DNA from: Alkalihalobacterium alkalinitrilicum
Lineage (GTDB): Bacteria; Bacillota; Bacilli; Bacillales; Bacillaceae_F
Assembly (NCBI RefSeq): GCF_002019605.1
Contig: NZ_KV917368.1
Location: forward strand, 2,735,517 to 2,759,516
Direction of reading: 5' to 3'
DNA: 24,000 nucleotides
This document shows, in pieces, positions 1 through 9,045 of this stretch. Both the position numbers and the translations under genes were made by a program. The notes beneath the pieces were generated by a model. That model saw nothing but the letters and a program-made list of their open reading frames with translations. It was not told the origin of the DNA and did no database searches. The first letter of the stretch is position 1. Every line of letters begins with the position of its first letter.

Positions 1-394
1 CTAAATACCCAATCGCTGCATCATATTCTTTTTCTAACTGATCGAAAGAACTCCTTAAAAACTTCCAAGTATACTGTTCTGATCGATCGCTATTTTTAGA
101 GTATCTGTTTTTTAAAGTGAACATCACCCTGTTATAAGCTAAATTTATTTGACTATTTTTTATAAAATGCTCAATAGAATGCTTGAAACTTTTTGTGAAA
201 TAAATATATCTTAATGGTAAATCTAATATAGCAACCTCTTTTGGGATAGTGTTAAAGAACAGTCCAGTTTGACTAAATAAAAACAAATCAACATTATAGT
301 TGTTATAATCAATCTGCTGTAACAAATTGACTAGACTCTTCTCCCCACCCCCCGCAGATAAGCTAGGCATCACAAATAGTAAGTTTTTCTTCAT
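1..394 (-). CDS. Glycosyltransferase family 4 (GT-B fold), N-terminal 131 codons only; the gene continues past the left edge
   Basis: Absent from the ORF track because there is no stop in the window. Minus-strand ATG at 394-392 with GAGGT 7 nt upstream; the frame stays open to position 1. Translation MKKNLLFVMPSLSAGGGEKSLVNLLQQIDYNNYNVDLFLF... parallels the N-terminus of the GT4 at 2629-3879 (MKKVLIASFDMEVGGVERSLISMLENFDYENYKVDLMLY), so the two look paralogous. Confidence 0.7.
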   Translation of the reverse strand, partial: MKKNLLFVMPSLSAGGGEKSLVNLLQQIDYNNYNVDLFLFSQTGLFFNTIPKEVAILDLPLRYIYFTKSFKHSIEHFIKNSQINLAYNRVMFTLKNRYSKNSDRSEQYTWKFLRSSFDQLEKEYDAAIGYL

Positions 395-404
395 AAAAAA
401 TACC

Positions 405-1571
405 TCATGTATTTGCCAATTCTTCTAAATATTCGACTGCTTTGTATGACATCTTTTGGATGTTTGGAATTGATTGTTTTAGATTTTCAATGATTTCTTT
501 CTCCTCTTTAACCATTACATCGAAGTTAGCAATTAGTTTCTTACTGTCTGAAATTTCTCCAATATTTAAAACTAACTTTTCTTCTTCACCAAATAGATCC
601 TTAGCAATTCCTTTCGATTTTACACTGTAGCCTAAGACCATTGTTGGAACACAGTTTGAGTAAGCTGCAATCGTTGCATGCGTTCTTGCTCCGATAAAAA
701 ACCTCATTCTAGAAATGTATCCCTTATATTGAGGTGCGGTTAAGTTTTCTGGTAAAATGATTACTCGTTCCGTATTCTTAAATTCTTTGTAGTACCTATA
801 AAGAACCTCATAATCATTATTTTGCTCTTGAATAACATGTGGTGTAAGAGCAACTGTATAGTTTGTAGTGTCTAAGATATGTTGAATGAGCTCTTTAACT
901 GCAGTATCGGATTTCTTGTTTTTATTTAAAACTAATGGGCTAAAGTTTAGACCTACTGTATTTCCCTCTTTCCACCCTTTAGGCAATTCCAACTCTTCCT
1001 TTTCCATTGTAAAAGCGGGATCGGCACACAATTTTACGTTTGTTAGACCTTTATTAAGTAACATGTGGTAGGTAAGTGTTTCACGAGCTAAAATCAAATC
1101 GAACGACCTTAAATCTTCTAATTTCTGCTCCGATATATCTTCTTCACCAATCGAACAACCCCACAGGACTAACTTCTTGCCTTTTGCTTTTACTCTTCGA
1201 TCAATTTCATACCATCCAGGTTGTTCACCATAACAATAATTGTCTCCGCCAATTGAGAGATAAACATCCATAGTATCTATATGTTTGATAATATTTTGGT
1301 GAACTTTCCCCAGAGCATATGATTCGTTTTTTAAGAGTTTTACATTAATTGAAGAAATCCACCAATCATATGAAAATTTTTTTATAATTCGGTTTGAACC
1401 ATCATAAATCCCATCTAATTTTGTAATGATTTTATCAGTCTCAGGTTTACCTGAAGCTAAATAAACCTTCGCTCCACTAATTTTATTTTTTATTAAATTA
1501 GTAGAAGAACGAACGATAGCCTCACATCCTCTATTTAAGCTACCATCATGAGCAAACATCATGATTTTCAT
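405..1571 (-). CDS. Polysaccharide pyruvyl transferase family protein (EpsO/EpsI/CsaB-like)
   Basis: About 390 aa with pyruvyl-transferase-like features (N-terminal MMFAHDGSLNRGCEAI, GGDNYCYG, RETLTY, ARTHATIAA). The track start at 1592 is a TTG. I prefer the ATG at 1571-1569, which has GGAGGTG about 7 nt upstream (MKIMMFAHDG...). Confidence 0.75.
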   Translation of the reverse strand: MKIMMFAHDGSLNRGCEAIVRSSTNLIKNKISGAKVYLASGKPETDKIITKLDGIYDGSNRIIKKFSYDWWISSINVKLLKNESYALGKVHQNIIKHIDTMDVYLSIGGDNYCYGEQPGWYEIDRRVKAKGKKLVLWGCSIGEEDISEQKLEDLRSFDLILARETLTYHMLLNKGLTNVKLCADPAFTMEKEELELPKGWKEGNTVGLNFSPLVLNKNKKSDTAVKELIQHILDTTNYTVALTPHVIQEQNNDYEVLYRYYKEFKNTERVIILPENLTAPQYKGYISRMRFFIGARTHATIAAYSNCVPTMVLGYSVKSKGIAKDLFGEEEKLVLNIGEISDSKKLIANFDVMVKEEKEIIENLKQSIPNIQKMSYKAVEYLEELANT

Positions 1572-1594
1572 ATAACCCCACCTCCAAATCAATC

Positions 1595-2626
1595 CTATCT
1601 ATTTCTTAATCGACTATAAGCCGTCACACAGTACAATCCCATTGTTGACTTCTTTTTTACCATGTTAAGTAAAAATTTTTCATACTTTCCTAAAGTATTT
1701 TGGTGTAATTCGCAGTATGTAGGTAATGCTTCTCTTACAATTTGATTACTAATCATGTTTTTTATATATTCGTACCTTGTTTTAAAACTAACTTCATTTG
1801 AAGGTGAAAAATATACATGTATGTAGGACAGAACACTTTTGATTAACCTAACCGCCTTAAATTGATGTATTTTTTCTTTGTCTAGATGACCGACTATTTG
1901 TTCAGGTAATTCAAATTGATATACTTCTAATGCTCTCTCAAAATAATCTTTCTTTGAAATATTTCTAGTTGCGCTTCCCTCTACTTCTCTATAGTGGTAC
2001 CCCGTATAATCTATATATTTTGTGGTTGTAGCTTGACTAAAAAAGATCATATTAAACATACCATCTTCTCCTAGCGAAAGCTTTTCTGGAAACTTAATAC
2101 TGTTTTCTATTATGATTTTATTTTTGTATAACTTATTGCAAGCCGTATTTAAATTATCTGATTTTATAAAATAAGGTAATATTTCTTGATTGATATAGTC
2201 GTTATTCAAATTGATATTTAAGGGAAAGGGGTATTTTGTCATTACTTTATGTCCGTCTATTTCGTTTTCAAAATTACTGATTACAACATCACAATCACTT
2301 AATTTGGCCGAATGATATAAAGTTGCATACATATCCATTTCAATGTAATCATCAGCATCAACAAAACCTATATATTCTCCTGAAGCTATTTGTAAACCAT
2401 TGTTCCTAGCTATACTGACTCCACGATTTTCTTGGTTTATTAAAATAATTCGAGGATCTTTTTCTTTATAATCTTCGATTATTTTGCAACTATCATCTTT
2501 TGATCCGTCATTAATAAAAATAAATTCACAGTCTTGAAGTGCTTGCGATAGGAGTGATTCAATACATTGAGCAAGATATTTTTCAGCATTATAGACGGGG
2601 ATAATAACACTTACTTTTATACTCAT
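1595..2626 (-). CDS. Glycosyltransferase family 2
   Basis: GT-A signature VSVIIPVYNAEKYLAQCIESLLSQ...FINDGSKDDS...GFVDADD (DxD). ATG start with GGAGTG upstream. Only 2 nt separate it from the upstream gene. Confidence 0.85.
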   Translation of the reverse strand: MSIKVSVIIPVYNAEKYLAQCIESLLSQALQDCEFIFINDGSKDDSCKIIEDYKEKDPRIILINQENRGVSIARNNGLQIASGEYIGFVDADDYIEMDMYATLYHSAKLSDCDVVISNFENEIDGHKVMTKYPFPLNINLNNDYINQEILPYFIKSDNLNTACNKLYKNKIIIENSIKFPEKLSLGEDGMFNMIFFSQATTTKYIDYTGYHYREVEGSATRNISKKDYFERALEVYQFELPEQIVGHLDKEKIHQFKAVRLIKSVLSYIHVYFSPSNEVSFKTRYEYIKNMISNQIVREALPTYCELHQNTLGKYEKFLLNMVKKKSTMGLYCVTAYSRLRNR

Positions 2627-2628
2627 GT

Positions 2629-3879
2629 TTAAATCACTCCTTGAAAACTACGATTATTATTTTTTATATTCTTCTTGGTTTCCTGAACTTGCATATGTTC
2701 ATATAACTTCTCAAGTTCAACCTTATTTCTATAGTCTTTTTGCTTATTTCGAATAATTAACTTATTCCTAAGATCTTGATTAATATATAAACTTTCAATA
2801 CCATCAACTATTCCTTCAATACTTAATTCACAAATAATTCCATCAAACCCATCTTCTACTTGACTACTAGCCGTAGAATAATTTGTAATTAAAATAGGCT
2901 TCCCTAATATCATTGCCTCAGTTACGGTAACAGCCTTCCCTTCATACCTCGAAGGTTGAACATACAAATCAGCTTGTTTTATATATGGATATGGATTAAT
3001 TTGCTTACCTAAAAGGATAAAACTATTTTCAAGCCCATTCTCAGTAATTAATTGTTTTATCATCTCTTCATCTCCACCATAACCAACTACGTACCACGCA
3101 ATATCACTATATCCTTTATCCTTCAAAACTTTTAGTGCCTTAACCGCGTTATCAATTCCTTTTGCATGAGATAGCCTTGCTACTGTTGCAAGCTTAAATC
3201 TTTTATCTTTCACCATCGGATTTTCCACATCTACATCTGCCATCGTTCTAATAAATTCTGGTGATGTAATATTCTCAACAACCAATGTCTTATTAATTAA
3301 GGAATCATATTTTTTTAGAAATGATTGCTTACAAGCTTCAGATACTGCAACAATATGATCAAAATTATCCCAAAGCTTTAAGTCCATTTTTCTATCAGTT
3401 TCTACAGTTGAATAATCCGTATGAATCCAAGCTATTTTTCTCTTTGCTTTAACTTTTTCCGCAACAAAATCATGGGGCCAAAGATAACTAATTGCGACAT
3501 CGTACGCTACATCTAATTGTGGAAGAAAAGGCAACGCATATTTCCACATTAATTGCATTTGAAAATAACCTGGTTCTGACATCCTTTTTAACTTCCCTAA
3601 TACATCAGCATTAATCTTAGCTAAAATTCTTGTAGCTCCAATCGTAACCCGCTTTTCCTTAATTATTTCACTAATTGACTGTCTAAAGGTTGCGTACTGA
3701 GGAACCTCTGGTAATAAGTTCACTTGCTTAGGAATTAAACTCATAAATTCACCGTGATGGCGGTATAGCATTAAATCAACTTTATAATTTTCATAATCAA
3801 AGTTTTCGAGCATGCTGATTAAACTTCTTTCGACACCGCCTACTTCCATGTCAAAGGAGGCAATCAAAACCTTTTTCAT
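2629..3879 (-). CDS. Glycosyltransferase family 4 (GT-B)
   Basis: GT1/GT4 C-terminal motif (PSRYEGKAVTVTEAMILGKPILITN). AGGAGG RBS 6 nt before the ATG at 3879. Confidence 0.8.
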   Translation of the reverse strand: MKKVLIASFDMEVGGVERSLISMLENFDYENYKVDLMLYRHHGEFMSLIPKQVNLLPEVPQYATFRQSISEIIKEKRVTIGATRILAKINADVLGKLKRMSEPGYFQMQLMWKYALPFLPQLDVAYDVAISYLWPHDFVAEKVKAKRKIAWIHTDYSTVETDRKMDLKLWDNFDHIVAVSEACKQSFLKKYDSLINKTLVVENITSPEFIRTMADVDVENPMVKDKRFKLATVARLSHAKGIDNAVKALKVLKDKGYSDIAWYVVGYGGDEEMIKQLITENGLENSFILLGKQINPYPYIKQADLYVQPSRYEGKAVTVTEAMILGKPILITNYSTASSQVEDGFDGIICELSIEGIVDGIESLYINQDLRNKLIIRNKQKDYRNKVELEKLYEHMQVQETKKNIKNNNRSFQGVI

Positions 3880-3888
3880 AAGAACCTC

Positions 3889-4629
3889 CTACGTTTTTGA
3901 TAATAATTTTCTTAGTCTTGCTATATTATTACCACCAATCAGTTTAGCTGCTGTTACTTTTAAGTTCCCTTTCACTCTAGCTGTAAATGGCAGCCAACTC
4001 TTATAAAAGTGATGCATGGCATAGGTGTCCTCCGTTATAAATTTGCGACAATTAATATAATCATATGGAGAAAAGTAGGTTTGCGGGTAAAAGGCGCCCA
4101 ACTCACCAATTTCTTGATATTCTCCATTTGGATTTAAACCTTTTCTTTTTAATAGATCCGTAATGATCGCAACATTTGTCAGTTGATCAAAGCTACCATC
4201 GTCTTGAATGAACTTCCTCTGTTCATAGGAATCCAGGAAAATCTTTATTAGTTTATTCCCTCTCGCAGCCCCTATTGTACTCGTAGCGATGAAGTTTTCT
4301 TGCTCAAACCCCCAAAAGGACTCACGATAAAGTAGGTCATCGAAAGGTTTAAATACTTCAACATCGGTATCTAAATAAATGCCACCAGAGTGATATAAAG
4401 CATAAACTCTGACATAATCACTGACAAAGGCATATTTCTTGGCTTCATATGCCTCCCGTGCATAAGTGTTGGAATGAAAATCAAAATTTTGTTCATTCCA
4501 TTCTTTAATTTCATAGTCAGGTAGATGTGTTTTCCACGATTGAATACATTTTTTTACGATATCTGGTTTCTCTTTTCCACCAAACCAGCAGTAGTGTATT
4601 ATCTTTGGAATTTGGGTTACTCCGGTCAT
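3889..4629 (-). CDS. GT32-type glycosyltransferase with DXD sugar-binding region
   Basis: IPKIIHYCWFGGKEKP ... YAFVSDYVRVYALYHSGGIYLDTDVEV is the classic Gly_transf_sug/DXD pattern. The track start at 4638 is a GTG overlapping the upstream TGA (GTGA). The ATG at 4629 has AAGGTG 6-7 nt upstream, so I favour it. The start remains ambiguous (4629 or 4638). Confidence 0.75.
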   Translation of the reverse strand: MTGVTQIPKIIHYCWFGGKEKPDIVKKCIQSWKTHLPDYEIKEWNEQNFDFHSNTYAREAYEAKKYAFVSDYVRVYALYHSGGIYLDTDVEVFKPFDDLLYRESFWGFEQENFIATSTIGAARGNKLIKIFLDSYEQRKFIQDDGSFDQLTNVAIITDLLKRKGLNPNGEYQEIGELGAFYPQTYFSPYDYINCRKFITEDTYAMHHFYKSWLPFTARVKGNLKVTAAKLIGGNNIARLRKLLSKT

Positions 4630-4634
4630 ATTTT

Positions 4635-5798
4635 TCACCTTTTTAATAGTGTATTTATTTTTAGTTCAGTATTGATTGCTTCTATTATTCTTTGTTGATC
4701 AGCATTAGACATACTCGAACCAGATGGTAAGCAAATCCCACTTCTAAACAACCCTTTTGCAATATCCTGCTCCTTACTATGAGCATAAAACAAACTGCCT
4801 TTGAATAAAGGCTGCATATGCAATGGCTTCCAAACAGGTCGTGCTTCAATATTTTCTTCTGCTAATCGGTCTAACATTGACTGAATTGTAAAACCTGCTT
4901 CTTTTTCGTCAATGGTTAAGGCTGTTAACCAACGATTAGAGCGAGTTCCTTCTAATTCAGGCATAAAAATAAGCCCCGGTATAGAGCCTAGTTCTGAAAC
5001 ATAGTTTTCAAAAATTGTTCTTCTTGCCGCTACTCTTTCTTCTAATACTTCTAACTGAGCTCTCCCAATTCCAGCTAGGATGTTACTCAAGCGATAATTG
5101 TATCCTTTTTTACTATGCTGATAATGTTGAGCTAAATCTCTTGCTTGCGTAGCCAGAAAGCGAGCTTTTTGTGCCATATCATGATCATTTGTTACCAGCA
5201 TCCCACCACCTGATGTGGTTATAATTTTGTTACCGTTAAATGAGAAGGTGCCAAATTCGCCAAAAGTTCCACTTGGCTTTCCTTTATACGTTGAACCTAA
5301 CGACTCAGCTGCATCCTCAATCATCGGAACGCTAAACTCATTACATAAGGCCACAATCTCATTCATTTTTGCACTTTGACCATATAAGTTGACAACGATG
5401 ATCGCTTTCGGAAGCTTTCCTTCGATTGCTGCATCTTGTAAGGCTCTTTTTAACGCATCAGGCGACATATTCCAAGTATCTGGCTCTGAGTCAATAAATA
5501 CAGGTTCTGCTCCTTGATAAAGAATAGGGTTCGCACTTGCAACAAAAGTTAAGCTAGAACAGAATACTCGATCTCCTTTTTCTACCCCTAATAAAATAAG
5601 AGCCAAATGAATAGCTGCTGTCCCCGAACTCAAGGCAACGGCTTCATTGACTCCAACATAGTTTGCTAGTTCTTTTTCAAAGGCATCGACATTTGGCCCG
5701 AGTGGGGCAATCCAATTCGTTTCAAATGCTTCCCTTATATACTTTGCCTCATTCCCACTCATGTGTGGTGGCGATAAAAAAATTCTTTTTTTACTCAT
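4635..5798 (-). CDS. epsN: DegT/DnrJ/EryC1-family PLP sugar aminotransferase (EpsN-like)
   Basis: Collinear with B. subtilis EpsN as I recall it (IFLSPPHMSG...NWIAPLGP...FSFNGNKIITTSGGGML...NYRLSNILAG...). The FSFNGNK lysine is the PLP site. The ATG overlaps the upstream stop (ATGA). Confidence 0.88.
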   Translation of the reverse strand: MSKKRIFLSPPHMSGNEAKYIREAFETNWIAPLGPNVDAFEKELANYVGVNEAVALSSGTAAIHLALILLGVEKGDRVFCSSLTFVASANPILYQGAEPVFIDSEPDTWNMSPDALKRALQDAAIEGKLPKAIIVVNLYGQSAKMNEIVALCNEFSVPMIEDAAESLGSTYKGKPSGTFGEFGTFSFNGNKIITTSGGGMLVTNDHDMAQKARFLATQARDLAQHYQHSKKGYNYRLSNILAGIGRAQLEVLEERVAARRTIFENYVSELGSIPGLIFMPELEGTRSNRWLTALTIDEKEAGFTIQSMLDRLAEENIEARPVWKPLHMQPLFKGSLFYAHSKEQDIAKGLFRSGICLPSGSSMSNADQQRIIEAINTELKINTLLKR

Positions 5799-6283
5799 GT
5801 CACACCCTCTTTCTTACTTATTATTTCTCCTACATGTAACTTTAATTTATTTAAGTAGTTTTCTGGGCACTTACTTTCCATATCAGAAAACCATCTTGCT
5901 TTAATGATATTTTTTTCAAGGTAAGGTCCTTCCTTAATCTCCAACCCTACTGTATCTTTCTCTAGACAAATATACGAGTGCCATCTACTAGGGTTAAATT
6001 TAATAATTTTATTTAAGTCATTAGAATTTAATTCTATTACATCCTCTATATCCCCATTATCATAGTAAAAGATAACAGCCATTCTGCCTTTTAAACAACA
6101 AATTGTTTCCGTATCGTTGTAGTGTTTGTGGGCGGCGATATATGTATCTGGCTGTATACAAAATAATATAGATTGGATCTTATCCTCATGAGTATGGTGC
6201 AGTAAAAAATGGCTACGCTTACTCTTTGAATTTAATGAATCATCAATTAACTTTTTAATATGATTATTATTTATTATAACCAT
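5795..6283 (-). CDS. Small cupin-fold protein (WbuC-like or sugar ketoisomerase-like); function unresolved
   Basis: About 160 aa, beta-rich, with a His pair (AAHKHYND) and a later His (RWHSY), typical of cupin metal sites in sugar-modification clusters. AAGGAG abuts the track ATG at 6292 with zero spacing. The next in-frame ATG at 6283 has 9-nt spacing and is preferred. Confidence 0.45.
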   Translation of the reverse strand: MVIINNNHIKKLIDDSLNSKSKRSHFLLHHTHEDKIQSILFCIQPDTYIAAHKHYNDTETICCLKGRMAVIFYYDNGDIEDVIELNSNDLNKIIKFNPSRWHSYICLEKDTVGLEIKEGPYLEKNIIKARWFSDMESKCPENYLNKLKLHVGEIISKKEGVT

Positions 6284-6296
6284 TGAGGTCATCTCC

Positions 6297-7109
6297 TTAA
6301 TTATGCATAAGGTGACTAATACTTTTTAGAATTTCATTGTTAACTACTGTATATCCTTCGCCTTTAATTACTGTTTTTACTCCTTCATAGGGAGGGTACC
6401 AAAACGCTCTTATTTTTCGATCAATTATTTCAGGTGTATCATCATCTTTTATATATTTCATCGCTTCAAACGCCTCTCTATTAATATAAAGCCCTTCATT
6501 TTCTTTTTGTTTAATTCTTGTAATAGGTGTATTAGTTTCTATTAAGTTCATAGCCCTTTTAAAAAGAGAGAACATATGAATTTGACTCTTTTTCTCAAGA
6601 CTTAAAGCAGTTTCTTTATCTCTATCAATAGGAAAATTTTCAATTTCGATTATTTCACCATCATCGATATTTTCATTCATAAAATGTGCGGTTACCCCAT
6701 AATTACATCTACCTTCTAATATAGCTTTATTATATCCACCTAGTCCTTTTAAATCTGGTAATGGAGCAGGATGGAAATTAATCGCTCCTATTTTGGGAAC
6801 TTCTAACAAAGACTTTTTAATCTTAGCCCAATATAAATATGAAATTACTAAATCAATTTCATTCAAATCAATTAAACTTTTTTCCGGAAACTCTATCCAC
6901 TCATACAACTCCGTAATTGATAGTGTCGGTATATTGTTCTCTTGAGCAACTTCAAACAATGATTTATTATTTTTACAGTCTAATTCTTCTGAAGGATTTC
7001 TTGCGACAACAGCCACTATTTCATGTCCGCTTGAAATAAGGTAATTGAGTGCTTTAGCAGCCCATATTTTCTTACCCATTAATATTATTCTTAGTTTCTT
7101 ATCGTTCAT
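6297..7109 (-). CDS. Formyltransferase-family enzyme (sugar N-formyltransferase candidate)
   Basis: Rossmann-like N-terminus (RIILMGKKIWAAKALNYLISSGHEIVAVV). Formyl_trans_N catalytic pattern Asn-x-His (GAINFHPAPLPDLKG) followed by Asp (NENIDDGEII). The track start at 7118 is a TTG. The ATG at 7109 with GGAAGGG upstream is preferred. Confidence 0.75.
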   Translation of the reverse strand: MNDKKLRIILMGKKIWAAKALNYLISSGHEIVAVVARNPSEELDCKNNKSLFEVAQENNIPTLSITELYEWIEFPEKSLIDLNEIDLVISYLYWAKIKKSLLEVPKIGAINFHPAPLPDLKGLGGYNKAILEGRCNYGVTAHFMNENIDDGEIIEIENFPIDRDKETALSLEKKSQIHMFSLFKRAMNLIETNTPITRIKQKENEGLYINREAFEAMKYIKDDDTPEIIDRKIRAFWYPPYEGVKTVIKGEGYTVVNNEILKSISHLMHN

Positions 7110-7124
7110 TACATCCAACCCTTC

Positions 7125-7715
7125 CTAATTGTTGCCTCTAAAATTTTCAGTTGTCTGATGACCTATTTGATTGATGCCCTCTGACTTAAATACTTTAATA
7201 ATTGTGAGTATAATTATCTTAATATCTAATAAAAAACTTTGATTTTCTACATACCAAACATCATATTTAAACTTTTCTTCCCAAGAAATTGCATTTCTTC
7301 CATTAACTTGAGCCCATCCAGTTATACCTGGTTTGATTGACTGACGCTTTAACTGTTCCTCTGAATATAATGGAACATACTGCATTAACAATGGTCTTGG
7401 TCCTATTAAACTTATATCACCTTTCAGTACATTTATTAACTGTGGTAATTCATCTAAGCTACTTTTACGAAGAAGCTTACCAAAAGAAGTAAGTCTCTGA
7501 TGGTCTGGAAGAAGTTTACCTTCATCGTCTTTCTCATTTGTCATCGTCCGAAATTTATACAAGTAAAATGGCTTACTATATAATCCTGGACGTTGTTGTT
7601 TAAAAAGTAACGGTGTTCCTAACTTTTTCTTAACGAGTACAGCTACAACCAAAATAACAGGAAATAAAATGAGTAAAAGGAACGATGAAACTACTACATC
7701 AAAGGCTCGTTTCAT
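7125..7715 (-). CDS. epsL: Small monotopic phosphoglycosyl (undecaprenyl-phosphate sugar) transferase, EpsL/PglC-like
   Basis: Bacterial sugar transferase motifs: N-terminal re-entrant helix, then KQQRPGL..KPFYLYKFRTM, DELPQLINVLKGDISLIGPRP and GITGWAQVNGRN. Close to recalled B. subtilis EpsL. GGAGGTG RBS. Confidence 0.9.
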   Translation of the reverse strand: MKRAFDVVVSSFLLLILFPVILVVAVLVKKKLGTPLLFKQQRPGLYSKPFYLYKFRTMTNEKDDEGKLLPDHQRLTSFGKLLRKSSLDELPQLINVLKGDISLIGPRPLLMQYVPLYSEEQLKRQSIKPGITGWAQVNGRNAISWEEKFKYDVWYVENQSFLLDIKIIILTIIKVFKSEGINQIGHQTTENFRGNN

Positions 7716-7756
7716 AAGTCACCTCCATTTCCAGGCTCTATTTTTTGCTTCAAGTT

Positions 7757-7909
7757 TTATTCTGTTGCATTGACTACTGTCATAATATGCTCTTTAATCT
7801 CTTCAATTAACTCTGTAACATTTATATTCTTTTCTGACTGTCCCTTTTCATAAATTGTTAGTAAAATATTTTGAAGTTGTTGTTCTGATAATTTTTCTGA
7901 TATGTTCAT
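7757..7909 (-). CDS. Hypothetical 50-aa ORF in the epsG-epsL gap
   Basis: Below the track size cut-off. ATG at 7909, TAA at 7759-7757. Peptide MNISEKLSEQQLQNILLTIYEKGQSEKNINVTELIEEIKEHIMTVVNATE. Only a weak purine-rich RBS (GAAAGAA). It fills most of the one 220-bp gap in an otherwise tightly packed stretch. Confidence 0.25.
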   Translation of the reverse strand: MNISEKLSEQQLQNILLTIYEKGQSEKNINVTELIEEIKEHIMTVVNATE

Positions 7910-7936
7910 TTCTTTCAACCCGACCTTTTAATAATT

Positions 7937-9004
7937 TTAGAGATTAATGTAATCACTTCTGTAGTACATATTTAAGGAAATAACATGTTCAAAGAAAAAG
8001 TAAATAAAATAACAGACTAAAATTCCATAATAAACAAGCTTTTGATCTTTTTTAGAGAATAGCTTTATGATCCAAGAAATTAAAATTAATTGATATAATC
8101 CAAAATAAATTGAAAACCGAGCGAAAATCCAGTTTTGTGTAGATATGACGAGAAATACTAAACTCAAAATTGACATATTAACTATGACATCACTGTTTGG
8201 AAAAATTCTTTTTAGTTTATCCCTTCCTAAAAATGCGATAAGAACAGGTACTGCTCCCACAGATACTCTAAGTACACTAGCACCACCTTCTTGGAAGTTT
8301 TTATATCCTCCATATTGGGTATCTTCGATGGCACTAAATAGTATATTCATAAACTCATTAAATCCAATAACAATGAAAATTGAACAGCCTAATAAAATAT
8401 ATGTCGTTCGTGACCAAGCTGGGCTTCTGACAATAAAATAAATTGGGATTAGTATAAGTGCTGTTTGATGAATCGTTGAAGCGAATAAGACCACTAGCAA
8501 ATACTTTTTAAAGCTACCCTCGATAATATATTTTGTCGCAGCAAATACGATCGCTGCTGCTAAATACTGCCTAATACCATTCATCGAAACTAAGAAATAG
8601 CCGATTGTTATATATACGTATAAACTGATTTCAAATAATCGTGAATAATGGTATAAAGTCATTACTATCAGTGCGTTTGTTAATAGAGCAGTTACAAAAA
8701 TCATGATTTGCGGGTCACTGGAGATTTGCTGTAATAGCATTTGAAGAATGTTAAAACCAAAATCCCCTTCAAACTCAATCGTTTCCCAACTAAAGTTAGC
8801 GATACTATATGAGTGCATATAATAATAAGTATCGCCGACATTATTACGAAGACCCGATACAAGCACTAAAGTTGATAAAGCCAAAAAAGCCAATAATTTA
8901 TTTGGCTTTACCTCAGTAGGTCCTATTTCCGTTGGTTTTGCAAAGTACCTAGATAAAAACGAAAAGAAGTAGACTATAGAAAGATTTAGGTAAAATACGG
9001 TCAT
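7937..9004 (-). CDS. epsG: EpsG-family polytopic membrane protein (putative Wzy-type polysaccharide polymerase)
   Basis: 355 aa and highly hydrophobic, with many predicted TM segments. It has the EpsG-like early loop motif (RNNVGDTYYY) and sits at the epsG position of a Bacillus eps cluster. Confidence 0.78.
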   Translation of the reverse strand: MTVFYLNLSIVYFFSFLSRYFAKPTEIGPTEVKPNKLLAFLALSTLVLVSGLRNNVGDTYYYMHSYSIANFSWETIEFEGDFGFNILQMLLQQISSDPQIMIFVTALLTNALIVMTLYHYSRLFEISLYVYITIGYFLVSMNGIRQYLAAAIVFAATKYIIEGSFKKYLLVVLFASTIHQTALILIPIYFIVRSPAWSRTTYILLGCSIFIVIGFNEFMNILFSAIEDTQYGGYKNFQEGGASVLRVSVGAVPVLIAFLGRDKLKRIFPNSDVIVNMSILSLVFLVISTQNWIFARFSIYFGLYQLILISWIIKLFSKKDQKLVYYGILVCYFIYFFFEHVISLNMYYRSDYINL

Positions 9005-9045
9005 TTAATAAAACCCTTTCCATAGTTCAAGCGTGCTTAATTTGC

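Noticed and set aside
1572-1592. N-terminal extensions in the track produced by TTG/GTG starts (1592, 7118, 17844; possibly also 4638, 6292 and 17174).
   Set aside because: Downstream in-frame ATG (or TTG) codons have properly spaced Shine-Dalgarno sequences, and the extensions add non-conserved residues. Where a TTG/GTG start does have a good RBS (18399, 20550, 23419) I kept it.
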